From Yuukianura sp. NJ FZ-2021 (lineage: Eukaryota): a stretch of 64,000 nt of DNA. Of this stretch, positions 1 to 13,934 are shown piece after piece. The DNA is taken from positions 8,246,001 to 8,310,000 of the forward strand of contig CM102285.1 of assembly GCA_046563655.1 (NCBI GenBank), in the 5' to 3' direction. The notes below the pieces were generated by a model, which searched no databases, was not told the DNA's origin, and saw nothing but the letters and a program-made list of their open reading frames with translations. Numbering within the stretch: the stretch's first letter is position 1; the number at the start of each line of letters is the position of its first letter. Position numbers and translations under genes: made by a program.

Positions 1-1598
1 TTCAAAGCCTTAAAATCTGAAATTTTGAAACCTAATGTCATTCTTGTTTTTATTTTAGCACTAAAAACGCTGAAAGATATGACCGGGCTAAAATGTAGGC
101 TTCAAATTTCGGAATTGAATTTCGAATTTAAGGAAAAATAATTTTCTTTGTTAATAATTTTCGAAATCTTGCTGAAAACAACGTCAGGCTATTTTTGTGG
201 CTTAAAGCCCCGAGCATTAGGAAATTTCAACCCCGCTGCGTTTGTACATTTGACTAGACTGAAAATGTTTCATTTTGGATTTGAGAGTGGAGAAAGTGGG
301 TTGTGCCAAAAGTAAAAGTTTCTCTTGATTGAAGAAAGTGGTTGTAATTAACTGTGGGTCTCTGTGTACTCTTCGTAATGAAGAAGAAGCTCAATCAGGA
401 GAGGATCCAGAGACGTCTCTTGATTTACTTAATTTATGCGGGAATCAGATCTTCATCCGAAGTAATTAAAAGAAGTGCCCATTGTCACACTATGCCCTCA
501 CACCTCCTGAAGCACGAAGTCTAATTTGATTTAAGCATCGCTTCACACCCTCCTGAGGTAGTCTCTCGCGTCTATCCGAACCAAATTGAAATTCAATTGT
601 ATCTTTGTCTAATCTTTTTCCTTAAGAATGATCCCATTTGTTTTGTTCTTGCTTTATCTTAAGCGTATGTTCTTCTGGGGTCATGAATTCCCAAGTAATT
701 GAAACGTAGATGTCAGAGTGGAGACAATAAAAAGTGATTTAAGCTGCACTAAATAATAAGATGTGAAAAAAGTTATCAAAATGTTTGAGTCGAGTGTAAC
801 AAGCATTTGTAGTTGAACAAGATTGCATAGTTGTGAACTGGATGTTGTAAACATTCTTTTAAAAGACTGGCAGATCTTGTAGTAGAGTAGTTACATGTTT
901 GTAGTACGACACTTACAACAACACGGTAGGGGGTTACTGCTTTTCTTATTTTCTCGTTGGTCATAAATTTAGTTCAAAATTACGAGCTTACAAGATACAA
1001 AAGAATTCAAAAAGTAATTGTTTCTGGTAGTAATTACAACCCTAAAGTTTCCTTTGCGGATTAGTACTTTAAAACAACAAGCACACGCTTCATGCGGGCG
1101 TTAGAAACTTGATTGTAAATTTACAAAATAATAAATAAAACGCCTAATTTCATAGCATTAAGTTGGAGCAATGCAATTGGCTAATATTTTGAATTACATA
1201 TCTGCAACACGGTGATAATTAAGCTGTTGATTATACTTTGAAGTATGACTTTTAAAAAAGTGTACAAACTTCATTTGTTAGTCAAACTTCATTTATTGTT
1301 AGATTTTTTTTCAAATGGAATAACTAATGTTATATAGAGGTAGACAAACACTTAAGATTCTGACACTAAAAACACACTGATTTTAGGGAGTGGTTGAAGA
1401 GATTGTTCTGCGTAGCTAAAACGACTTTTATGGCCAATTCCCGTCAAGGATTTCCCAAAGTTGTCGCAATAAGTCAAAAAGTTATGCGACAATATGTTTG
1501 TTTGTGTCAACTTTAAGTTATTTTTTCATCCCTCGTGTTTTGTAGTTTAAACCTTTCAGGTCCATATATGAACAAAAATTTAGTTAAATTCATCTTAC

Positions 1599-2620
1599 CT
1601 GGTGAATTTTTGGAGGCGACTGAGGAACAGTATCCATCATCTTCAATTCGTACATGTAGTCGACTAGTTGGATTTTGCTGGGCTGCTTGAGGGTTGTCTT
1701 GGATATTGACTGGATTAGGTTGAGTGGTGGTGACCTTGTCAGGGGCAGAGGTCATTAGAAGCGGGTCGGACGGTAGGCTGCCAGAGGAATGACGATGGGT
1801 GGGTGAAATGACTGCAATCCGTTTCCCTGGATTAAATAAGAATTCGGAAATTTCAGCTGAAGTGTCAAATTTTGAAATTCATATGACCGTTTTACAGATT
1901 CTAAACAGACACAACGCAAACTGACATGTTGAAGAGCATATGGAAAAGCAATCAAAGCCAGAAGTAAGAACTTAATGTGAAAAAATAAAGTTTAAAGATT
2001 TATTGAAATAGTTTTTTTCTTGAATTTCTGGGGATTTACTTTAGAAAAACAAAACCTGCAAAAGAATAAGAGCGAACGAATGCGAATCTCATCAGAGATT
2101 TGGAAAATTAATCAAGCTGCTGTTTTTTTAGTTTAAAGTAATAACTCAAAAATTTGACAAGATTTAAGAACTTGGCAAAAAAAAATTTTCAAGAAATACA
2201 GTGAAGGTGAAAGGTCAAGGATTTGGAGAAAGTTGAAAGATTATTCAGCTTACTTTTTTCTGGTAGGAGAACTTGAGCGATGGCGGGATGAGAGCGGGAT
2301 TGCTGAATTGGGGTTTTTGAAATTTGGAAATCTCCACTTTCTGGGACGACAATGGGTTCGGCGGGAGGATTTGAATCGAAATCCTCACAAAATGGTTGAC
2401 TATCGACGACTACCGTAGGGAGAGATGATGTCGCTTCGAACGGTCGTAGTGGACTACCCAGTTGACTCTGGTCTCCGTTCATGTGGTGGCGGTTTGGTGG
2501 CATTCCAGAAGAGGGTAGAATGAAGGCGTCCATTTCCCGCAGTGAGAACCCTTCACTTTCTTCGTCGTCTACATTTTCTAATGGATTTTCGATTAACCCC
2601 GCCGATTCTTGCTTAGCCAT
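1599..2620 (-). CDS. Partial (5') coding region of an unidentified gene; low-complexity Ser/Pro/acidic N-terminus, continues toward or beyond the left edge
   Basis: ATG at 2620 opens exon 2254-2620 (MAKQESAGLIENPLE...LLPEK), ending at a phase-1 GTAAG donor. It splices in frame to exon 1599-1826 (cag acceptor; RKRIAVISPTHRHSSG...SKNSP), which ends at another GTAAG donor. No recognisable domain. Confidence 0.6.
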
Positions 2621-5600
2621 CCTCCCTGATTTTTCTTGTAAATTTTTACAAGAAAGTTTTAGGAGCACTGGAACTAAACGTTATGAACTTGGAGTGGGGT
2701 ATTGCTTCCCAAAGTGACATTATTTTCCCAAAGTCCCGCCACAAGAAACGCTCAAGGAACAAAACAACATCTGTATAGCCTAAATTGTCTTTTTAAACAA
2801 AACTCTTGAATCTCCTCAACTTCTATTGGTTATTGTTTGCGTTCAATGATTAGTTTCCGAGGGGATGGAAGTTTTTTTTTTCTCGGCTCGACTTTGCTCG
2901 TGGAATTTGAATCTTCACGTTGAAGCTCTTTGTGTTGCGAATCAGGACTAGAATGTGATACGGAAAATCAGTATGGAGAAGAGTCTGAAAAAGAAATTAG
3001 AAATTGACTTAGTTTCTGCTCCAATTGGCGAGTACAGGGGAATTAAGGAATTACAAAGCAAGTGACTCGAATTAGACCAAATTGGGTTTTTGCTAATAAT
3101 CATAATCCAATCATCCCCTTCACTTGACTATGTTGTTGAGTCCACTATAATCCCCTAACTATGATTGTTAGTCAGAAATTGAAAATTCGAACTTAAGTTT
3201 AGTTGATTTTTTGAGGAGTTTGCTGTGGGAAGCGTTGAAAGTGTATTGTTGGGGGTAAATGTGAAAAGTGAAAGTAGAGAAAGGGGTGTTTGGAGGCAGT
3301 GAGGCGTGACAAGAGGGATAAATCCACACTAAACTCCCTCCGAAAATCACAATCCTAAATCACAACTTAAGGTTCCTCAATTTCCCAAATGTAAAGCTGG
3401 ATATACCGTGAATTTTCAATAAACCATCGAATGTCAAAAAATTTATGGCGCTCAGAGGCTTAGATTGCCACAATATAATTAAGGGCATTTGAGGGAAAAC
3501 ACGAAAGTGAAAGTTCTGGAAACAATTTAGCTAACCAGAAGAGAAAGCGTATGATTTTGCATCCAGAATTCCATTTGACCTTAATTTAATGGAAATGTAC
3601 TAAATTTTTGAAGCAAAAAATCGTTTCCAAATTAACTACGAGTTTGCAGAAATGACAATCACAGTACATAATGAAATTGTCTAAGAAAATTGAGAGAAAT
3701 AAGCTTACTTTTTCCTCTTTAGTCAGAAAATAAAAATCGTCCGTTTTGGAAGGTATAACCTCAAATTTACACTAAAAATTCTACTTGTCAATAATAAATT
3801 TATAATTACGTTGTGTCAATTGCAAGTGTCTTACCGTTGAGACTTTGACAAAAACTCCGTATCTCGACAAAACAAACTGGCGTTGGTTTCAACTTCACTA
3901 TTATTGTTCTTCACAGCCTCCGCAGATTTTGATCTTTCTCCCCCACTTCGCTAAATCTGTCTTTACTTGTCTGCTAAACTCCTTTTTAAAACCTACTTTT
4001 TTGCAATAAAGTTTTATGTTTCGGAGTAAATAAGCTTAAAGACGATTCAGGGTTTGGAAGGCTTATGTTAGATAAAGCGTCACTTGACACAGCTTCGTCT
4101 TCCTCACCTCCTGGTTTCCGTCAGCGTCACTCTGCACCGTTGTTTGGAAATTAATAAATGTTGTTTTGAGGACGAAGTTTGAACACTGCTGTCTCCAGCG
4201 ACCATTCACACCAACGCTCCAAGTGGACTCATTGACTCCTCGCTGTAAGCCAACCCTAATTGGCCCTCTTGTCTTCAAGTCCTTCAAAGTCTCTAGCACT
4301 CAAAATCAAGTTACTTCACCTTAAGCTCTGTGCACACAGTCACTTTGGCCCTTAAGCCAAGCGTCATGGCCCTAACACCACTTCCTTTGGCACTTCTAAA
4401 TGTCGCTACCATCGTATCTCATTACTCGCAACCACTGCACGAGTTATAATAGCAAATGTCCTCTGCTACTTTTCAGTTAGAAACTAAAATAAGTTGAAAT
4501 TTAAAAAATTCAACTTCTTTAACAATTAGCGTCAGAAATTCTTCACTTCGATGTACCGCTGAGTACCAATACCAACGCTTGACACTTTGAAGTCACCGCG
4601 TAGGGATGCGAACATTGACAGTAAAACTGCAAAGGCTTCCAGTAGTCTAGTCAAAGTGAGACTGAGGACAGAAGTTCCAGGAAAGCCTCAATAAGTAAGC
4701 ACCAACAGTAACTGGGTCCAAAATATCAGAATATTCTCATCCCTCGGTGCCAGCCCAGGGAAAGAGGCTTCTTCATCCTTGGGACCAACGGATGAAGACT
4801 ACTTACGGGGAAAATCAGATACTCTTTCACATTCCGTACAGGAGGGCTCCGAATTTTCTAAATCTGTGCATTATTTGAACAAACAAACGCGTTTTCAAAT
4901 GCTGACCAATTAGTACATGTAAACAAGAGTGCTGGACAGCAGAGTACACTAATTACAAAACAGTTCAAGGATTTCCTGGAAACTTTCACTTTTGATCCTC
5001 AGTCACTTTCACTTTGGTTGAAATACACTTCAAAAATGTTTTTTGAAATGTTCAAAACTTCGTCACGTATTCAAACATTGGAATTAAGAATGACGTCACT
5101 CTTGATGACGGATGTTAATCCACGCGCACACTTCTACAAATTGCCAAACGCGTCATTTGCACAAGTAAGCACGTGGATTTGTGCAGGATTAGCTCACAGA
5201 TCTTTTCCAGTTATTGTAGCATTTTCATTTTGGTTTTGCAGATTTATAAGCAATAAAAGAAAAAAGTGATGAAAAAAAGTTGTATCGGTTGTAAATCTTC
5301 AGTTTTCACTTAAGTTGATCTTTTCACTGAGGTTACTAGAGTCTATGAGGTCAAACACTCTGCTATAAGATGACTGTGTTTCAGTACTAACTTGAAGTTG
5401 TTTTGCTGAATTCCTGAAAGCTGAAAGTGATGATGAGGAAATAGTAGTAAAATAGTTTGGTGTCATAGTTGTACTTTGTTGGAAGTTCACTCACTTTAAC
5501 CCAAAAGTAAGTGAGTAAATACAGGTTTTGGTGTGAAATGAACAGAATGGATGATGGTGGTGGAAGTATTTTGGGGGCGCTGGAGGTGTTAGTTGTATTA

Positions 5601-7910
5601 TAGTACTCCGCAGCTGGAGTGTGATTACATTCGGCGGAATTATAAGCGATTCCCAGATGGGAATCTGATTGTGTGAGAAAGAGTGCCAATTTAGAATCAA
5701 TTGAGTGACGCTCATCCCTCAAAAAATTATTTACAAATTGAAAAAGAACACAACTTTTTCTCAGGCTCAAATGAACAGATTTTCTTTTCTTTGTTTCTTT
5801 CCGTAAGGAAAGGCGGAAATTAAGCAAACGTTTCAAGACCGCGTGCGTTTTTGTTCTTTACAACCGTCATCAACTCTCATGTGCCCAATTTTCATAAAAA
5901 TTAGGAAAAGTTAGGCATTGCGTTTCATTCTTTCATTCTGGCAATTCAACCTTGCCATTAAGTCCGTCAGGTCACGACTCACGACGACGCAGTCACACTG
6001 GTCGTCACCTTCAAAGTGCCACAAGTTTCATTTGCAATTTTTATTACAACAGGGATATCCGCCTACCATAACAAAGTTAGTTTCTCAAAAGTCCTTGCAT
6101 TCCCAACTTTAGTCATCAATTGATAAGTTTCTTCTAAAAAAAAAACAATATGCATATTCAAGACTTCAGTGAGAAAGATGTATCGCCGATGACATGCGAC
6201 GCTGAGTCGTGCACATCCAATCGCCCGCTGTGAATTGGACACGACCTTTGACATATGCGTGGGGAATAGAAGAAAATTTCCATAATTGTTTTTCTATGCT
6301 TTAGGGTGGAGTATCAATAAGGAAACAAGTTTAAGGAGAAAACTGCTTTGCAAAAGTGAATTGACCAGTCACGCTCACGGACATTGGAATTAATGACCTA
6401 GTAGTTACAATGACATTTTCTGATTTTTACCAAATTGGAAAAAAACGCATAAACAAGTTGAACGAAGACGTAAATCGTAACCTCACGACTTTTCCCGTGC
6501 TTAAATTATCCTCATGCGAAGCGATTACAGAAGAAGGCGGAGACATGCGGGAGATTACTTTTTTCAACTTATTCAAAAAAATAGTTCTTTTTCCACTTTC
6601 TTTCATTTAGGTCAACTTCTACTCAAAAATGAGAGTACCGGGGGCGGGGTAGTTTGAATTTTGACTTTTAAATCATGCTAAGAACTTTTCTGCAAAGGAT
6701 TAAAATCCTCCCCCTTTTCGTTAGAAGTCTCTTCAGCAGTAAGTGTGGGGCTGCTCTTGAAAGTGAAAGGACGCTCCATATTACAAGGCGTTCAAAAGTG
6801 AAAGCAGCTTTCACCGTGCAGAAAGAACTCCGCTTCTGCCCAAAAGCGCTAATCAGCGCTCAGAAACTTAATTCTTTGGAAGTTAATCAATCTGACTCTG
6901 CTGGGAAGAGGTGAAAGTCCCTCTCAAACTAAACCGCCGTAGTCAAACATAAGTTGAAAGGTCAAATGACCTTGTGGCAAATACACTTTGAAACTGTATG
7001 CCTCAGTGCCTCTATCCACTTCCACCCTCCCAAGTTCACTGATGAGAGTCAAAAGCATGGGCCAATACACCAGAACCTAATTTACTTTCTCCCGCGCACT
7101 TTCTCTTTAAATAGTTCAATTCTACTCCCTAGACAATACACACACAAATGAGGGCAAGGCCCTTTCACAAATGAAGTCATTGAATCAAACGTCCAAAATT
7201 CAATGAAATGTCAAACTGTGGAACTGTGTGTGTTAAAAGGAACTAAACTGACGGAGGTATGTCAATGTCACTGGTTTGTGGTTGACATATCTCCAGCAGA
7301 CCGCTTTATCGCAGCCCTCTCGTCGTCATACACCACAAGACGCGACTTTCAAATGTTATGAATACAGTTTCAACTTAAAGGAAAGATCAATAGGAGGGGA
7401 CGAGATGGAAAGCGGGTTTCCTGTTGATCAAAATGTAAATCTTTAGAAGAAAAGTTTTTTTCCCTGTTACGACAACGGAGAAAGTAGACTTCTTAATCCT
7501 CTACTGCTCTCAACAAGATTCAGATTTGTTAGAAAGAAGAATACGGGAATTATTTCATTTGTCAAGGGACTGACACAGTGGAGCTAACATGATGACAATG
7601 TCATTGACATGATGCTGCCTGTTATACATTAGCATCATACAAGAGTAGGACGCTTATGACGCAAATCTCGTGACCTACATCTTCCGCACCATTTTCCTCT
7701 GCTTACGTACATAGGGAAAAAAGTAAGCTAAAATACACTTGTGTTTGTTTGGGTTTTGTGGTGAAAATTCACGTTTAATTGAGTGCGAGAGTCGAATTGC
7801 GTCAGTTATATCCTTACTTGGTTCACTTAAACATTACACGGCTGACTGGGAAATCTTATTAACTGATGAACAGGAGAGTTAAATTGACGTAAACAGAAAC
7901 CCAGAATGGT

Positions 7911-8868
7911 TTAGGTGTTGGACTCATGGAGCAATCGATTGAAGGCATTGTACGAAGCCTCTAAATCATGAGTAAACTGTCGTGCTTGATCATCCGTGAG
8001 CTCCTCGGAGGCAGTCATTCCACCAAAAGTCTCAATCCAAGATTGTACCTTCTCCCTTCCCTCAAAGTCATTTGGAATGATGCTGAGGCGGAGCATTGTC
8101 GCCATGAGATCTCGAACGTCTTCCTGGAGCTCATCCACTGCCTTCATACCCAATCGAACCTTGTCCATTAGCGTAATGAAGAGCTAGAATAAAACGAAAA
8201 ATGTTGAGTCAGGAAAGACTAACTGAACAAACATATTTTTTTCAGTTGAAAACAATGAAATGTATTCAACTTACGGCAACAATCTCGGCAATGCATTTGC
8301 TTGTGTTTCCTTTATCGTCACGAATAGTAATAGGTTTATCTTCTTTGATTCTCTGAAGAGCAGCCGGGCAGTCCAACTAAGAAAAATTTAAATACTAAAG
8401 TCACAATGCAAAACAAAAACCAATTAAGCCTGACAAGAAAGCTATTTTGAGTTTCTCTGATCCTATACCTTGAACCTACGAATAAAAGTCTCCAAATCAG
8501 GGCAGTCATCGTGTCCTTGAACGAGTTTGAAGGCTGCTTTGTATTGGACAAGAAGCTTGGAGCAAGCGGCGGTGTACTCTTTGGAGGTGACGGCGTCACG
8601 TATGTATGCCTTCTCCAAATGCTGAAGTGTCGTTAAAATTGAGAATAAGTCTGCCATGTTGTCGTACTTCTCTCGTTCCCAGGCGTTCTTGCTCAATTTG
8701 ACTTCTTCATACAGTTCCGGTCGATTCATATCTGAACGAAGAAGCAAAAACCATTTAGTATTGACGAGGTATTCGATAACAGTACTGCTACTGCATTGTA
8801 CACTCACCGTGATTAGTTGAATATGTCGGAAAGCCGCCTCCAGTACTGTTGTTCAAAGCATTAAACAT
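7911..8868 (-). CDS. VPS28: Vacuolar protein sorting 28 (ESCRT-I subunit)
   Basis: Four GT-AG exons (8808-8868, 8469-8731, 8275-8376, 7911-8183) join in frame: MFNALNN...[10 protein letters not shown]...[14 protein letters not shown]...LEKAYIRD...[17 protein letters not shown]...[42 protein letters not shown]...[14 protein letters not shown]. These are typical Vps28 motifs. Confidence 0.96.
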
Positions 8869-10010
8869 TGTCTCGACGGTAGAATCGAATCGTCAAGCTT
8901 CTACGAAGACAGATTTTATTTTGGCAATAAATGTTCGGAAGAGTTGAATTTTGGATCCCTTGAGTGCTATTATTAATTACTGCGGTTGCGGATTGGACCT
9001 GAGTCGATACAAATTGTCGAGTTCCCGTTCCACGTTCCAAATCAAAATTACCTAAATGAAACACTGCGATTGAAAAAATTATTGGTGACTCACACAACCA
9101 GTTCAGCGAAACTAGAAAAATATAGATATTAATATTACTAACAACTTACATACAATGTATGAATAGGAAAGGAATACTAACTACGAATAGGATTGATAAA
9201 TTTGAAATTTAGACGACTTTACCGTTTTACCGTAAAAGCTATTTGAGAGACCGTCCCTGCCGTCGTCATATGGCTGTTGTTTCCCGACAAATGGGATGAC
9301 GACAATAGGATACGGGTTGGAATAACCAAATTACATGTGAAATGTAACCACATGGTGTAAGTACCTACAACATTTTTGTATCTATTCGTTTATCTATATG
9401 TATTTGTCCCTATTCGTGTTCGTCTATTTGTAGCGGCTACAATCGGTTGCTAGAATACATTGTTAGGTTAGTCAGATTTTTCTAAAGTTAGTATTCACCG
9501 GATTACTAATAATCAACCCCGGTGTAACTATAAGGTTATTACAAAAGATGCATTTTTGTTTGATTCAACCGGATTTCGTTTCCCAAAATCTTTAAGTTTT
9601 TGTTGAGGTAAGACGGGGCTGTCATTGTTGTGACAAGATAATTCAATCAACAATCAATCAAAATATTATATGTATTACATATGTTTGACTGGTTCCATGC
9701 CATTGGTCCAATTTAATTGGTTCAAAACCAAATGATTTAAAAAAATTACTTCAATAACCTACCCTAAAATACACATTGAACCTAATATTTTCGAACCATT
9801 TCAGCTCCTGAACCAATTCAAATTTGAACTAATGGCGTGCTTCCGTTTCGCTTATTTGGTTGTATCGTTGAGTTTGCTAATGTACCCGTAACCATCAACA
9901 AACACACCTTTTTTTGAGGAAAAACTAAGGACCACAACATTCCTTTGACTTTGTCCATTAATGGTTACTGCAAATATGTACGTAAAATAAGCGTAGTAGC
10001 ACCTTAGCTA

Positions 10011-10223
10011 CGTAGTGGACCAATCTTAGAAACCACGCTATCCCTCTTTCTCCCTCCTATTATACCGCCAACTTCCAACTAGTGGAGGAGAGCGGGGAAG
10101 AGAAATTGTCAAAACTCAACTCAATGTAAGAGTTTTGCACATTACTCGAGGTTTCACGGTAACCGTGGGAGGAGTGAAATGAGAAGAGCCAATCAGAGGA
10201 GTTTCTAAGATTGGGCCACTACG
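10011..10223. mobile_element. MITE, 213 bp, TA target-site duplication (Tc1/mariner superfamily type)
   Basis: 23-bp TIRs cgtagtggaccaatcttagaaac / gtttctaagattgggccactacg (1 mismatch), flanked by TA at 10009-10010 and 10224-10225. No coding capacity. Confidence 0.75.
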
Positions 10224-11197
10224 TATTTAACGTTTTGGAAGAGTAGTAGGTTTATTTTCAACAGCGGGAAGCTGTTGAATTATTAATTGCAACCTATCAA
10301 ACTTTAACCGAATTTGCTGTAAACGAGCGACAGACTAATTGATTGCATCAAAGATGCTGGTCGCTTGCTTGTGATCAGAATACTATTAGTATCTGCTAGT
10401 AGTACCTTATTAACTTGGTAGTTATTTTCTACCCCAAATAACTGAACCCTATACTTGGGTACGGTATGCATATTCTTGTCTAGTTCATCCAATCTCTTCT
10501 GTGTTCTGTCCCCTCTCGTAAAAGCGTCTACTGTTGCAACTTTTGGATGACATGCAGATGTACACACATTTTTTTAACTCCATATACATCATCGCCACCA
10601 TCCTCTTTAGCAAACCAATGGCTTCGCTTAAGCGAGAACATTGTAGCCGTTTAACTAATCTAGCCCAAAATGCGACAAAAATTGTCGAATAGTGTAGTTA
10701 CACGGCTGCTGTAATATGCGCGGTAACACTGATTTTCCTTAAACCTTAATGCAACCAAGCCTTCAGTACGGAACGGTACGACATACACGACACGGCACGA
10801 CGGTACCAAATCTAATCAACCCAGGGAGAACGAAGAAGTGAAGCGGCAGTCGGTCATTCATTGTCCGTCATCCTCATCATCTTGTCATTGATCAGGTTCA
10901 CCCAGGCAAGGTCGCTCGCGGTGTATCAGTACGGATTTTGGCTCTCGAAAAGATTGTAACGTAAGTAACCGGTACCGGTAGCGGTAATTGGCTAGGTTAA
11001 ATTGAAGAGGTGTAGAAGAAGATTATCATCGAGGTACTTAGGTTGCGTTGCTTTGTTTGCATTCCTTTTTATTCGTAGTTTTCAGGGACTGGTCTTGCGC
11101 TATGGCGTTGCTATCTTAGTCCTTAACACTAATTATGTATTATTATAGAAATAATAATCTTGATTTTGCACTTTCAGGAGGCTGTCACTTGGTAATA

Positions 11198-11992
11198 ATG
11201 GGAGTTACGATTGAAACAACTCGGGCCGGTGATGGTAAGCGTTTGTTTACGCTATTACGTTACGTTACGTTATGTATTACGTTACGTATACGTCGAGATC
11301 CGACCGCTCATTATTTTGAACCAGCGGGCAGCGGGTATCGATGACATCTGTACTTGATAAAAAATATATGCACTGCTTGCACTTTGCGTTTTGTAACTCC
11401 CATAAGCTATAAGAGATAGAGCTATGCAGTGTCTACCGAATCTCGAATCGGTTGATGAAACTGACGAAGTGATAGTAGATCTTATCTAAGTACTACAAGC
11501 TACTCGCCGTAGTTTCTTTCTACTAAACGAAGACGTGCTTGAATATTACAGGCGTGACATTCCCGAAGAAAGGACAAACTGTAGTAGTCCACTACACTGG
11601 GACTCTTACCAATGGAAAGAAGTTCGACTCCAGTCGTGATCGTGGAGAGCCTTTCAAGTTTCGCATTGGGGAAGGTCAAGTTATCAGAGGCTGGGATGAG
11701 GGCGTCGCCCAGGTATACATTCGTCTGGTTTTAATTCAGCATTCAGATTCATATTAAAACTTGTAATGTATTTTATTAGTTGAGCGTCGGTCAACGGGCA
11801 ACCCTTACCTGCTCCCCGGATTATGCTTATGGCGATCGTGGCCATCCAGGTGAATTCTTTAAGCCAAACTGTTTTGATCATGCATTTTACTAATTAGCAC
11901 ACTATAATTTTGCATTGTTTACACTTGTAGGCATCATTCCACCTAACTCCACTCTCATTTTCGATGTTGAGCTCATTCGCTGCGACAAATAA
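11198..11992 (+). CDS. FKBP12: 12-kDa FK506-binding protein, peptidyl-prolyl cis-trans isomerase (109 aa)
   Basis: Exons 11198-11234, 11552-11712, 11780-11849, 11931-11992 give [109 protein letters not shown]. Confidence 0.97.
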
Positions 11993-12530
11993 GATCTTCT
12001 TTCACCCCTCAATTCAACTCTCATTGTAAATCATTCAGAAATGGATTCTGTTAATCTTCTGTTCCTGTTTTCCTCAATGCTTGTAAAACTTCTGCTAAAT
12101 ACTACTTTAGTCTTTTTGATAGAATCCCCGTTTGAAGAAGAGTTTAGAATGTTTAAGATTTGGAAATATCAACATTCAGGAGTGCAATAGATATTGATAT
12201 AAGTATTTGAACTAATTGGCAATCCCCATGTCACAATGTTTCACTTTTTGTACTTGTCCCCCGTAGCCAAAAATTGTTGTTGTCTCCGGACTTGACCAGA
12301 AATAAATTCCCAATTGTGAGAGTCCGAAGCAGAAAAAAAACGCAATTGAGCAACAAAGTTATTTGGTTCCTCCGTTGTTTTAATACTGATTTCTCGTCTC
12401 CGTTTCCATTTACGGAACTTCGAGACGGTTAAGTTTTAAAAAACGTTGTTGCAATGTCAGTTTGAACTTGCATTAAAAGATATTTGTTGTTGGAGCTCTG
12501 TTATGAAATGCTATTGGTTCCTTAAAATTC

Positions 12531-13934
12531 CTAAACAGCCTTCACCGGACGAGAATTGTGGAAACGGTTGAGAAGTGCTCTCCAAATACTGCCTGGGAGT
12601 ACTTGATGCTCCAGTATCAGATTCTGGATGGCTGCCGAAGTCTAAACGAATGAAATATTTTACGTTATGATTTTGAAATGACTAAGTCAATGATTCGTAT
12701 TTAGAGAACTTTCGTCAGTTAACCTTAGCTGCCAAAGTTTCAGGCGTCATTGCTGGATCGTAGTGAATTGGCTTCCCAATGATTGTCTTCATTTTGACGG
12801 GAAAGAAACCATAGACAGGAATGATTGGCAACTTGGTTCTTGCATAAAGCCAATGCCAGAATCTACTCCCCCATTGCACTGTCCGGAAGGCTTCACGTAT
12901 ATTTTGAGTAAACATTGGCAGAATCGGTGCTTGGGCCTCAATCGCTACTTTGGCAAAGCCCAGTCGTTTTTTCCACAAAACTTCATACTGTTCTGTACCA
13001 AATTGAGCTTCGTACACACCTCCTGGGGCAATAGCAAGGACGTTTCCTTCCTTCAGAAGGTTGGAACAAACTGTGACAGTTCCAGGGATAACCTTGCAGG
13101 CTTCCAGCATTGGTGACCAACCTAATAACGTCATTGTCATCAGGTTGAGTCGAAATGTTGTAATGAAATTCCAATGATTGTGATATTACCAGGAATTTTG
13201 AACAGAAACCTGTCCCCGACTGTGTGGATGAGACGATTTTTCTTTAAAATCACTCCAGCGATTAAGTAATATACGTCGATGGGAAGAGCTCCATGATAAT
13301 AAACTATTAATGCAGGTCCCGAATCTGGAATATTGTCAAGTCCCTCGATTTCATGACCTACAAAATTAAAACAAAGTAATTCCTATAAACAAAATAGATT
13401 TTTTTTATTGTAACGTTGTAAGTAGTAAATTGAAACTGACTTGCAAGAAGCAAAACACTCACCATGCCACAGCCAACCGATGGTTTCCCAAATCACAGCG
13501 AGAGTTTTTAGAGCACCATCCCAAAAGTCATGACGATAAGCATCAACCAGACCTCGTCTGAAAAACGTCAAAAAGAATTGAAAGTTAAAATACTTAGGAC
13601 AATCCATACAGGACGGTCTACCGTGTATAACAGTGACGAAGAAAAATCGAACCACAAACCGACAAACCCTGCGTAAAACTAAATATCATTGGGTTCACTT
13701 AATCGACGAACCTGTATTTATAAATAAAAAGCCATAACGCGTTCATATAAAGTAGCACAAGGATGACCACGGGTAGTAAAAAGACAATCATCACTGGAGT
13801 AAAAAGCCATCCCAGCCTACAGAGATAAATAAAGTTCACAGTTACTAAAAGGTAACTTTAGCTTTTTATTTGTTGAATATGAATTTTATTAACGTTTTAA
13901 CTCACCATCTCATGTAATCAATATCAACGTTCAT
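12531..13934 (-). CDS. TMEM68: TMEM68-like membrane acyltransferase (PlsC/DGAT-like fold), about 301 aa
   Basis: Exons 13906-13934, 13712-13816, 13463-13557, 13190-13357, 12724-13121, 12531-12641 are in frame. N-terminal hydrophobic segment WLFTPVMIVFLLPVVILVLLY, then WHGHEIEGLDNIP..PALIVYYHGALPIDVYY, HTVGDRFLFKIPGW, AIAPGGVYEAQF, RLGFAKVAIEA..PILPMFTQNIREAFR. The start codon is uncertain. Confidence 0.9.

Noticed and set aside
5299..5836. Several 60-150 aa ORFs upstream of the left-edge gene
   Set aside because: Composition is typical of AT-rich non-coding DNA, with no motifs or coherent exon chain.
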